From assembly GCF_002113885.1 (NCBI RefSeq), contig NW_018408310.1, positions 184,201 to 248,200 of the forward strand: a DNA stretch of 64,000 nt, written 5' to 3'. The position numbers and the translations under genes were made by a program. The stretch comes from Mizuhopecten yessoensis. Taxonomy: Eukaryota. The notes under the pieces are model-generated. The model was not told the origin of the DNA. It made no database searches and worked only from the letters and a program-made list of their open reading frames with translations. This document shows, piece by piece, positions 50,671 to 63,445 of this stretch. The stretch's first letter is position 1. Every line of letters starts with the position of its first letter.

Positions 50671-52000
50671 TTGTTCGTCTCTCGAGTAGAGATCGGCTGA
50701 TGCATATTAATGTTAACTGAGAACTGGTTCAATTGGTATGCTTCATTAATATTCTTTCAGCGTCCTGCATGGATGACGTTCATGTGCATTCGTCACGAAA
50801 ACTGAATATGTTACATCGCCACAGTATCTTACCTGTAAGCATGCACTGATTTACCTGTGTATCTACTGGACAGACAATGAGCTGGATTAATCGACAGGAT
50901 CCATTGCCTTCACACCGTGTGTTCACTTTCTAAATCAATCATAGCCATGTATACATGTATGATATTTTCATATCATTAAGGAACCCATTTCATTTTAAAC
51001 TTTTAAACTTGGGTAAACACTGTAGTGCACTGGAGTAAAAACCGTTATGCACTGGAGTTTACACTGTAGTGCACTGGAGTTAACAATTCAGTGAACTGCA
51101 ATGCATTTCAGTGTTTTGTCTAGTGTACTAGATACCAAGTTAAGTTTGCTCCCAACTGTTGGTACCTGGTGATAGTTTCTCACAAGAAGAAATATGTGTT
51201 TTAACATCGTGACCATGTTGTTATATTGGCAAGTCTATATGATAAAGGAACGTTGATGTTCTACACAGTTTGTCTTCTTTTAAAAATGAGCTTGTGTTTT
51301 TAAGAAAGATACACGACAAACAGCCTAACACCACTCAGGTGTTTACAGCTTTTAATTTATAAAAAAAAATAAGTTTTAAAGTACAAAACTAGAACAGGTT
51401 GATACATCACATGTTAGCATATAATTTAACATTGAATGATTTCCATTAGAAATGCATACATGAACACGGATGTGCAATGATATAACAGTTGACGGTTTAT
51501 TGATAATGAGTTTCTTGATAATCTGAATAATCGGGTGTACGTAATGAAATACTTTCTGTAATATGAATATTTTAGAATCATGTTACCGATTCTTAATCAT
51601 TTTATCATTATCAAAGTTTGTTTCTGTTATAAATTTGACAGCAGTGGTATATATTGAACTTCTATGATCAGAATTTAATTTGTGTTTATCGTCTATAATA
51701 TTTCAGCTTCAGGGAACATTCGACTTCGTATCGCACGTTTTTGAACAATTTAGACCTCAAATAATACCATGTCAATATGGCATTAAAATGTAACAGACTC
51801 CAGCGTCTGTTCTAAACGATGGACGAACGGACGGACACAATATCAAATAAAGAATATAAGAAATCTAGTTATTCGTTATCGTTCACAGAATGTACTATAT
51901 ATTCTAGAACCTTATACATTATATATAAGATATCTACTAGTGTGTTAAATGTGTACTCTCAAGAATGAAGCATACAAATAAATATGACTTTTTAATTTAG

Positions 52001-54427
52001 AACATTGGTGTGTCGGCGGGTAGTATATTGTTTGGACAATACCGCCCCGTTCTCGGGATCATGTTCACTATCAGTCAGTGGTTCATGTACATATGTACAT
52101 ATGTGTGTGTCACCTCCGTCACCCGCATGGGAAACCATTAATAACAAACAGACATATATGAATACATAAAAAACCTATTTTGTGAATAGTTGGGAAATAA
52201 ACTGCATCTGCATTGTTTGAATGACTTCACTTTGAGCAATATGTTGTATTCGCATTTTACCAACAACATCCATATCAGCTCAGTTATAATTTCACTCTTC
52301 GAATTTGAAATCATGTTTATTGTATACAACGGAAAATATTTCCCCTCATGAACTAATCTCTTTTATTTCGGTGGTTGAAAAGGGATAAAATGAAAGTAAG
52401 GCGACTATTTCGAGATATAATCATAACGACACACTTGGAATATGAGCTCTGATTTTGTAGAAACTAGAATATATCACTGTTTTATCAATTAGTTAATGTT
52501 CTTAGTAAGTGACAGAGTGTGGATTATGCTTTAACATAAGTTTGTATAAACAGTTACACAAAAACATGTCTTCAAATCCCTTTGACGTATGCTAGGTGTG
52601 TTAATGATATAGAGTTAACTATTGTCACTCAGACCGTTGGGGAATTCGCTGATGGCCATCCAACATTTGTTAATGTGATTCCCGTCTGTGGTTTTACTGT
52701 AAATGTACCACAATCGCTTCTTCCCCTCTACACAATTAACATTACATAAAATATAAAACACACACACACACACACACACACATGCAAACATTGTGTCTAC
52801 TGTAAACATTGCTTCGTTTATTTCGTAGATTGGGTTTGTTATAAACATTGGTTCGTTCATGTTTCTGTGGAATGAGTGCTCAAATGTTGTAGGAAATAGA
52901 TTTACATTATATAAAAAATCTATTTAATTTTACACATATTGTTTCTTGTGAACGTAGACGTACATTTTACAAAAAAATACCTTAATACCTCATTGGATTT
53001 CACTTAATTAGTTTGTCTGTGAACTAGTGACCGCAGAAAACTTGATGGCATTTCTTATTATTTTATTATGTTTTTTAACATGATTGATAATTATTTGTTT
53101 CGTGATGTAATTATCATTCATAGATATCATCTTGACATTAAAGATTTGAATCAATATTAAAACTACAACGTTTTTGCAGTTGATGAATATGATTAATATC
53201 TTGATGGAGTAACGAGTAAACATTCTCATTTAAAAGCATAAATGCATTATCACAGGTAAGAAGTAGTACATAAAAACATTCAATATTCATGTATATATTC
53301 CAACAATAACAATCCTTTTCAGGGACTTATCTGAAAAGTCTCAAGCAACCGGAAGTACGTCTGGTGTTGTGATTGCATACCTTTGGGTGTTTATGATTGT
53401 GAACATCGTATTGGAAGTATATCTGTTAACGAAAAGAAGGGAATCACGTATGTTCGTAACACAGTAAAAATAAATGTGTCATTCGATAAAAAAAAGTCTT
53501 ATGTTGCCGTTAATGTTGATTAAGTGTGATTTCTCTTTCCTTATGCAGATACATCAATTTAACATAATCAATATGCGGAATAATGAATGTTTATGATGTA
53601 TGCAACAGGAGTTGGTTGATACGACAAAATTAAATCCAGAAGAACGTAGATTTTAATATTAATAAGAGATACGTATACAATATCACCAGGAACATATGGA
53701 AATACATCTATATTGATTGATTGTTTTGTAATGTGATTTGAGTTTTGGTTACACAGCATATCTTGCTAGTGTATATACGCAATTAACACTTCCTGTACTT
53801 GTAACTCAACTGAAAAGGACGTTCTGCAGACATCGAAATTGTCAATCAAGGAGGGAGGGAGTCGCTGACACCGGAAGGGCTTCGACAGGTATTTCTACGC
53901 TATTAGCACACTTACATATTACGACATCTTCGTTAATGATATTCACTTTTGTTTCTGTAATGACCAAGTAAGGATAATGGAGCGGTTATTTAAACATATC
54001 GATACGTTTCTATTATTATCACCTTCAAGAATTGTAAACATAGACACAATACGAAAGTTCTTCGATATTTCGTAGTTAAATGGCAATCGGGTTAAAGATA
54101 TTTGCAAAACCTCAATGAAATACCATCATTCAAAAGTGTTTGATCAAAATGTCATGTAAACCTGTTTTTTTCCAATCGGAGTAAGAATAACCATATAACT
54201 ATAGAAGGATTATAATCGTTATTACTTTTGTAATGTCAGCTTTGTCAAATGAAAATAAAAGTTGCAATGGGAACAATTAAAGATATGTAAAATGTTTTAA
54301 TATTGTTACCGACAGATTTTCTGTTTTACAGACTGAGGAATTTGCAGTAAAGTGTTTCTGCGGGATCCAGATATTATTGATGTCTGTCTTCGCTCTGACA
54401 CTGCTTGTCCTCATAAACAGTGGCTGA
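52001..54427 (+). pseudogene. 5'-truncated pseudogenic copy of the cytochrome b561 3' exons of gene C
   Basis: Exon at 52001 has YH>YR (heme His lost) and a 1-nt deletion. The PTMAIFRC exon is absent. Acceptor CAG>CAA at ~53303 plus indels. The last exon 54332-54427 is still open. No 5' exons. Confidence 0.88.
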
Positions 54428-56514
54428 TGCCCGTCTTTCTGCACGGGAAACGTCTGGTGGTCTCACAAGAGTTTGAGATCCAGCCGATGTTGCAAAGCCA
54501 CGGTACATTAAATGCTATCATGAATATATAATCGTGACGAAAATTAACATATTTCCTACCTGGATATTCTAAAAATATATTCATATATAATTTGGTTAAG
54601 CATATGATAGAAAGAACCCCTATGTGATCTTCTTTAATTTTTGTCAAATTGATATATGGAACATGACAGTTGCTACATATCACATCAAGATAAGCCTTTT
54701 TGATTAGTTTATTATTCCTCTTTATTATTCCTCATCCATGTAAATGAATTATCGTTGTACATTATTTTCCTTATCACATATTCCTTCATTGACGTATGAA
54801 TTGCCAAAATACTATTTGCTACTACCATAGCATCGTCAGGACCACCACGAAAGGAGGCTTGACTATGTGGTTCCAGATATCTGTTTCTCTTTACTGTGGA
54901 CAACAGAAGAAACATAATATTATCAGCTGCCCCTATTGTTACAGCAAAGATCCCTGTCTTTTCTGATTATGTATAATTTGCTATTATTTCTGCTTCAATC
55001 CCGATATTTTTTATATTTATAGCTGGTGACACGATCTCTTAATGTAAATGTTATGGTATTAAGTAGACAGATAAAAGATAACATTTTGTTGAATTTGTTT
55101 GCTGTGTAATTTACATAAATTGGTAAGGTGTAATTTGATAGTCAGTTGATTGATTCGTTATACTTTTCTGTTTATCCATACAGGAAACGAACAGTTGATT
55201 GCTTTCAAGTTTGTGTTAGGACCCAACATTGTTTTCGTGAAAAACATATAAAAAACATCAAATAAAAGTTCAAATACTGATATGTTTTATATAACGTTCG
55301 TCGTTATCATAATCGAGTTCCGTTGATAAGATGTAAGAAAAGTTGTTATTGAATATCTCGAAATGTATTATTTATTGATATTTCTGCTCCTTCCATTGCA
55401 TTTATTAAAAAATTGTTACGCGGAATTCACGCATTAGCTCGCTATCTAAAAAACATACCTTTAAAAAACAAACAAAACAATGTCATGGTTACTTTTTTCA
55501 GTTAAAAAAAGTCTTAATATTGCAAATCATAATGTAGATCAGTGCTAGAATTAAAAAATACTACTTAGACCAATTCGGGCTCATTATATGTATATCAAAT
55601 AGCTCCATACTTATCACCGTGTAATTTGTTTATGGGACTCAGTTGAATTAACACAAGTGGTAAATAATTGGTTGTAGATAAGCCTTACAGCCCGCCGAAC
55701 TGAAAGCTTGAACTGCATGTCAAAATGTTGGTAATGCTTCGAAATTCCAAAATTTACAACTTGAATAAATATTCTTAAACTTCAGTAACGAGTCAACCTT
55801 GTTGACTGATTTTTTGTAAGGTAAGAAAGGTCTGAATTCAGGCTTAACTGTCATAAAGGCAATGTCCTGATAAATTACCGCCTTGGTGTAGTTTATCGTT
55901 AAATATCTGTATCAAGAGAAATTGTGTAAACTACTAGGCGACTAATATATCTATATCTGTTAGTAAATTATCACGATTCTTTCAGGCTTAACCGTAATTT
56001 ATTTTTATTTTCATTTTGTGAAGAGTTGTCTCCCATGGGTTGCTGTAGCATATGCGTCATTGGAAAAAAAAGAATTTCACAAAATTGAAAAAGACATTTA
56101 AGATATTTATTGCTAATACATGTATTGTAGAGGATTCTTAAACGAAATATAAAAATATTCGTGAATTATTTCTTCAAAAATGTGTTCATCGATAAAATTA
56201 TCCAGATGTAAGGAGTAATTTTGAACATTAACCCTTACAAGGTAGTTTTAAGCGCATCACGGTATGTACTTTGTTAGGCTCTAGAAATTGTAGATATACT
56301 CCTATAGTAAGATATCATAAAAAAATATTATTGCTTAAATGTTAATCAGAACAAATATATATGTATGATGCAAATATATAAAGAAGAAATTGCGACTGTT
56401 CTGACATTGAAATTTGTCCAGGTTTGATCAAGACACAAAAACATGAAACAATAACATAAAAAAGTATGAAAAGTTTCTGCTGAATTTGTGTGCTGACGTG
56501 AAAGCATATTCCTT

Positions 56515-56882
56515 CGGCTGGCTTGGGATAGATGACTCATCCATCTCAAGACACTTCGGCTGTCTTAGAGGCAAAGGCTTATCCATCTCTAGACACTTCT
56601 GGTGGCTAGGGATCAAGGTTACTTCATAAACCCGACTCAAGTCACTTTGGTCGGCTAGGGATCAAAGGCTCTTCATAAATCCGACTCAAGACACTTCGGC
56701 TGACTAGGGATCAAATATTCATCCATCTCAAGACGCTTCGGCCGGCTAGGGATCAAAGGCTTTTCATAAATCCGACTCAAGACGCTTCGGCTGGCTAGAG
56801 ATCAAAGATTCGTCCATCTCAAAAGTCTTCGGCTGGCTAGGGATCAAAGGCTCTTCATGAATTCAACTCAAGACACTTCGCT
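56515..56882. repeat. Composite 40/48-bp repeat downstream of gene E
   Basis: Expanded paralogue of 43200-43422. Confidence 0.85.
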
Positions 56883-57384
56883 TCAATTGTAAAGATCATA
56901 AATGCATTGGAGAACGTACCCGCAATTTAAACATTAATTCATTAATTACTTTGGTACACAATAATATACATACATTTATAGATTCATTTAGTTATATTTA
57001 TAGAGTATACCTTTCGTATCATGCAGATGAAGACGATTCCGGTTTAAACGGCCTTTGTTTTTGCTGTTATTTTTTGACAACTCGTCTTTAGTTACATGTA
57101 GGCGAAATTCCTAGAAATAGATGTAGTCAAAAGACCTAATTATCTTTTTCGAAAGACGCCCAAATATTGGGGTTTATTTATGTTTTTGTATTTATTAATT
57201 ATAATTTTAATCTACCAAATGTATTCCTCCGCGAAATATCAGCGTTATATTGTGTTATTGCGAAACACATTTTTTTGTGCATCTCACTTAACTCTCTATT
57301 AGTATGATTTGTGAAAATGTTTGTTTCCCGTAAATGGTTGGCTGGCAATCTGGTGAACTTTTGGTTCAAATCCCACTGGTAATC

Positions 57385-60300
57385 CTAATGTAGCATATAG
57401 GACAGCCAGGTGCCGATGAGACAAGCGCAGAGGGATACAAATGCTGGTTTTATGTTGTGTCCTGAGCCCGTCATGACAGGATAAGAGTATGAATTGGGGG
57501 AGACTCCTCGGTTGTTGTTGTGGTAAGCAGGTACACCACCTGAGCAAATACGAAACTTGCTTTAGATAATAGAAATATATGTTCTATCATTATATGCAAT
57601 ATACATAATTGGAAAATAACGATATGATTATTGCCATAAAAATAATTTGCGACATGATAGCATGACCATACAATCGTAGTTGGAGATAGCCACAGTAAAT
57701 GCTGATTCTAACAAGAAACTGATTTTGAGATTTGCACTTTTGGTTCCATTTTTTTAACACATTTTAGATATTGACAATAAGTTAATTCCAACAGCTTCAC
57801 TCTTTATTTATATTTTATTAACCCTTTTCTATAGAAAAGAGCTTTAGATCGCTAAAGGTTGTTGATCATATCCAATCATAGAGCGTTCTTACCTCTTACC
57901 GCCCCCCATGCCCGAATCAGGAAGAACGGATCGGTCAGAGACCTAAGTTGAGCCACGTTCCGGATGGGTTTCTTGATTCGATCAAAGGAGCATGTGGTTA
58001 TGTTATTTGTAACAGCAAATGATGTGTTCTGAATTCCATACAAGTCCTGAAAATTGAACGATTATAATTATCACATTTAAAACACTTTCGATGAAATATA
58101 TGTTCGACTTTCAATGTTATTGTATAACTACTCTAGCTATAAATTCCATTACCAATCATATATTTCGAAATGCAGAATCTAAAATAACATTATATAGTTA
58201 TTTAGGTTTAGAATTAGAAGGATTTCGGATTTCACATTCTCACATAACATTTACATATAATGAAAACATGTTGACGTGTTGTGTCACATAGTGAAACTAT
58301 GTTGACGTATTGTGTCTTATTGTGAAGATATGTTGACTTTGGTGATCACTTTGTACCAAACGCTAAATGAATCAAGATTTATCAATATAATTCAGCTCTT
58401 CCACAAGAATGTGCAATTATACTCCAATGATTGCACGATTGATGTCTTCTACATCAACGTCCGATAGAAGAGAAAACCCTGCCTACAGTAAGACGTTATT
58501 TATTATTTAATACACAAAAACTTTCCCTGATCATTTTTATATATATCTATGATTCAGTTTATACTAAATCTTATCGCTGCAGAATCAATATTGAGAATAT
58601 GAAGATCACCGAATTTGTTGTTGTACCACATTGGAACAGCGTTTATATAGCTTTGTATGAATGTTGAATTCAGATAACATCATAACGCTATTACAACGTG
58701 GTGAAAAAACGCCAGGAAAACTTTCATATACAATTTTCTACGGCCCATAAACCAACGTTAGGACGTGACCTGAACACAACGTTGAAGCAACGTTATGTGC
58801 CCACCGGGGAGCCTTGTGGCTGAGTGTATGGTTCTTTAGGTATCTTGATTAAGCAGATATATACATAATAAAGCAGATATTATTTAATATAACTGATAAT
58901 TAGCTGACAAGAAATTGTGTGCACGGCCCTTTTCAAATAAATGTTCATGTCACATCAATATGGATAATAATAGGTTTTACAGCAGAAGCTAAAAGTGCGA
59001 AGGGTTCCGAAAATTGATAAATGATAAATACGTTATTGTATATGTAGAACAACATCTATCGTTGTAATGGTCTCAAAGTTTAGATGTTGTCATGGAAACA
59101 GCGACTCTTACTATATCCATTTTATTCTAGTTATATAGTAAGTGTGATGTTTTAAACGATATGTTGTTACATAACTTACTGTTCCAGGCGCGTATGTGCG
59201 ACCCTGTGTGTATCCAAGCTGTACATTGGCATCACTTCGGCACATCACTATACTGCTGTCCGGCTGGTCAAATAAATAAATAAAACGTCTTTCTGTTTAA
59301 TTCTCAAAGTCTATCCATCAAAAATGTTCCAAAATACAGGGAATGTTTTCTCTGTATTCATTAAATGTGGGATGAAAACCTACACTTTTTTTCCTCACTA
59401 AAGAGTCGTTCTTGTGGGATTACTTAAACATTAATTCAAGTTATCTCACGTAAATACTCTTTCTCTAATTGTGTCATAAGCAATTTCAATTCAAAATTAT
59501 TTTTGTTGTTTTTTTAATCTTGTTTATGTTAAAATTATATCAACATATATGTTTATAATCTGCAACACCAGGAACGCTTACCATAAGACTGTTTCCGGAG
59601 AACCCAAGGGCGATATAGTGCTCGCCTGATGGGACAAATTCCATCTTCATCTCAAACCGCAGATAATCCAAGTTAGTGTTCCACCAACTGATCAGGAAGC
59701 CGACACATCCCCCAACGGGACATTGTGTAGGCCAGCATATCTTAGCTTTTCCACATTGTGGGTCTGGTGGAATTACTCCATTGGTAAGCTAGACATTACA
59801 TAAATAAACTAGAATTAGAAAAGACACCCGGAACTAGCAAAGTCATTAGGAAAACAAACAAAGTTTCTTCGGAGTGGTATTTCCTGTACAATATATTAAA
59901 ACTGTGACGTGTATACGTATGGAGTCTCGAATGTTAATACGTAAAAAAGAAAGCAATTGATATCATAAGTCAGAAAAACGTAGAATGCATAAACAATCGT
60001 TTGCCACACAATCGTATTGATCGTCTGATTTTTGAGGGTTTTTAAAACGACTTTAACATGGAAAAAAAATCCTAATTTGCCAAACATACAACATTTATTA
60101 TGAAATGTTTTATACCGACACATATTTATTGTTGTTATTGTTGCTGTACAGTTAAAATCCTCATTCGCCAACACAAAAATGGAGCTATATTCCCTTCTAT
60201 ATGAAATTACCATTGAAGAAACCCTCTTGAAGAATAAACCTTAAACGCAGTGTATTTTATATAAACTACAATGTTTATTTTATACAAATAAAAGATGATT

Positions 60301-61446
60301 TATTTTCTGTTTACAGGCCTGTCATTAAATTATTACACCCTCATTATATTTTTTATGTTATGATAACACTATAATGGTAAATTTTATGCATTTGATAAGA
60401 AGTGAAAAAGTAAGAAATTTGTTCTAGTGGTGCTAACTATTTCCACTTTATATCTCGTGATAGCACCTATGTTTATTTTTATATCTAGAAGTGATAACTA
60501 TGATAATTTCGGTGTCTAGTGGTGACAACTATTTTTATTTTAATGTCTGGTGGTTAAACCTATTATCATTTTGATGTCTAATAGCGACACCTGTTTTCAT
60601 ATTGATGTCTAGTGTTGACAACTAATTTCATTTTGATGTCTAGTGGTGACAACTACTATCATTTTGATGTCTAGTGGTGACACCTGTTTTCATTCTGATG
60701 TCTAGTGGTGACAACTACGATCATTTTGATGTCTAGTGGTGACAACTACTATCACTTTGATGTCTAGTGGTGAAACTACTTTCATTTTGATGTCTAGTGG
60801 TTACAAATACTATCATTTTGATGTCTAGTGGTGAGAACTACAATCATTTTGATTTTTCCGTAATCATTCTCTTTTGGTCCTTTTATTAAATCATTGCTCA
60901 CATTACAACAATACAAACATGATTCATGTTATAATGCCAAACTTTCAACACACATATGAAATAAATAACTTCTCTAAAAAAACATTACCTTTGTTAAAGA
61001 AATATTTATCATTTTACTCTAAGTATGGCACAGTGTTACCAAACTTGCATAACTGTATTAAGCATACTTTTCATGCATACTTCACAAGTTGGTTAAATAC
61101 ATGATAATGGACCTTTTGATACATGATAATGGACATTTGAATACATAATAATCGATATTTAATTTAATTATATGTATCAGCTCATCTACCAATAACACAT
61201 CGTTTTTGTATTTTACAAATTATGTAAATTTCAAGCAAGTATCGTTCGACACTATTGGAAACTTAAAATGATTTATATATTATATAAAAGAGTTACACTG
61301 GAAAAACTGAGGTTATTTTGTATGTGCAATTACACCATTATGTAATCAAAGTACTGCAAAAATGGATAATAATTACTTGCAAAAAGACATCTTACCTGAG
61401 AGAAGACGCTAGCGATAAGGATACAAATCAGTTTGGTCCACGACAT
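57385..61446 (-). CDS. Gene E: recent paralogue of gene D, single heme-DOMON with GPI-signal-like tail (216 aa)
   Basis: Exons 61446-61396, 59788-59582, 59263-59180, 58046-57893, 57539-57385; same lengths as D, intact splice sites, no stops. YIALGFSGNSLM and AYH retained. Confidence 0.88.
60420..60855. repeat. ~31-bp minisatellite, ~13 copies
   Basis: GATGTCTAGTGGTGACAACTACTATCATTTT in intron 2 of gene E. Confidence 0.9.
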
Positions 61447-62574
61447 CTGCAACTGAAATTGATAAATATCGATAAACAAATACCTTAGTTGTTTGTGGTA
61501 CCGTTAGATAAGGTAGCAGTGTACAGTAGCGTACGGTGGCTAGGGAAGATATTTTCGTTCAATGAATAACCCATGTAATATTACATGTATCAAAATAAAA
61601 AGATTAAATCAGCACTAAAATTGGCATATACATGATGAAATGGACTATGTGGGCTTCACATTTAAAAAAAAATGAACTTGTTTTGAGACTACATTTTTGG
61701 CCATTTGCAAATCTGTGTCTACACAACAAAAGCTAGCTTTTCATGTAGTCTATTTTTGTACTCAGCACATGTGTAAATGTTGTGAAAATGCAGTTGAACG
61801 ACCTATGCTAAAACGTGAGTATTTCTGTTACCGAGTAGGTGATATTCAATTGAAGACAGGTTTTAAGAAAAAAAATACTACTTTCTTGGGTCAAATTTTG
61901 GGTTAAAAACCTTTTGTTAAGCTTTTTTTGGCGTTTTTTTATGTGGTTACCATGGTTTTCACAAGTCCGAAATCTGGGGAAATCACTTTAAAAAAAAAAA
62001 TATCATTCTTCTAAAAACAATGTATTGAAGGTGTAGTTTATAAATATATATATATGTAGGTGTGTTGTGCAGTATGAATCCGCTATCCATGTTTATCTGA
62101 GACATGCCCTGTATTTTGAGGATCAAGCCATTTATACTGTACTCTGCTACCTAAGATGAATGCATAATATGGAAAATCCGAAGTCATCTGATACTGCGGC
62201 ATGTTATGAATTCATAATATGATAGGGATTTAACACTTTTAAGACGCAAACAGATTTTTAATGAGTTCCATTCTTTTCGATTCAATTCACAAATGATGTA
62301 AACTGTTATTAATTAATGATACTGTTCTTTTCCACTATCATTTCAAGCATTTTACATCATTCAAGAATCAGTAAGCTTTTCTGTAACTTTTATATCTTGG
62401 TATAGGGTCTTTTGAATGAATCAAAATAAATAAAAAAAAAAGGATTTGTCATAAGTTTCCCTTCATATTAGATTGATGATACATGTTTGCGAGCCTCCGG
62501 CCAGAAAATATTAATGTATAAGGAACATGTCCAACAGACTCAGTATACATGTCTGGATATTGCAATGTATTCAT

Positions 62575-63175
62575 ATCGTTGTGGTGAACGACCTCTTAAC
62601 AGCTTTGATTAGTTATGGAAAGTAAGGTTTTAGTGGTGGGGGAAAGCCGGAGTACCCGAAGAAACCCAACGGCCTGCGACCAGTGCCTGGCGACCTGCCC
62701 CACGTACCGTCACAGTACCTAAATAGGGGCAGTACCCAAAACGTAAGAAATGTGCATGCTGTGCAAAGAAGTATTTTCAAATTGAAAATATTGTTTTAAA
62801 GATGCAAATATACCAATAAAACATTATATGAATTTTATTTACTGCCACTTAGGTTACAATCACAGTTTTACTTTGTAAATAATGACGAAAATGTAACATT
62901 CTGAATTGATGCGCCATGCGACGTTATTGATTTTCAATTTTTTGTATGGGATTTTACACAATCCTACTATTTCACAACGAATGTTAGTTTGGAAAAGAAA
63001 TTCTTTCAGAACGACCATTGACTCTTAAATATTCCAAAGATATGCAATGTTCTGCTAAACATTTTACTAAAAAGTGTCCCGATTTGGGCACTGTAACGTT
63101 AGGCCTCAAACTCGCGACTAAGTGGTGGAGGTCTAGATCATAAAAGGACAGACGCCTTTAAAACGCGGCCACCAC
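62575..63175 (-). mobile_element. V-domain-like SINE interrupted by a MITE
   Basis: GGAAAGCCGGAGTACCCGAAGAAACCC..CTGCCCCACGTA | insert | GGCCTCAAACTCGCGAC..GCGGCCACC. Confidence 0.6.
62707..63099. mobile_element. TA-flanked MITE, ~390 bp
   Basis: TA|CCGTCACAGTACCTAAATAGGGGCAGT ... AGTGTCCCGATTTGGGCACTGTAACGT|TA; same TIR family as 28767-29357. Confidence 0.78.
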
Positions 63176-63341
63176 ATTACCCGAGCAAAAAATAGACATA
63201 AATTGATACGAAAATCCAAAGCAAACAAATATCATTTGTATGAAAGGGGCAGGGGAGGGTATACTCAAACCCATAGCTATAAAGAGCCACAAACAGTATA
63301 ATATAATTATTATGTTCATGCCAGTTAAGTAAATCACGTAC

Positions 63342-63445
63342 CTTTGCTTGGTTTGCCCGATACCGTCAGTGGCGTGAGCAACGCTTGTGAAGTGTTTGTA
63401 CCTAGCCCCTCACTTCTTATATCCGACAGATTACTCACTTCCGAT
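63342..63445 (-). promoter_or_regulatory. Putative promoter and non-coding exon 1 of gene E
   Basis: Minus strand CGGAAGTGAG, GATATAAGAA, donor AAAG|GTACGT at 63342; single copy of the 41-bp unit. Confidence 0.55.

Larger units (their letters stand above)
36571..51840 (+). repeat. Segmental tandem duplication, unit 1 (3' half of gene C plus gene D)
   Basis: Collinear with 51842-64000, e.g. 36730/52001, 38514/~53304, 39548/54332, 43848/57385, 47519/61446, 50215/63342, 51211/63778. Confidence 0.9.

Noticed and set aside
51000-51140. Short TGCACTGGAGT / ACACTGTAGTGC repeats with weak inverted symmetry
   Set aside because: Too short and degenerate to classify; probably a transposon remnant.
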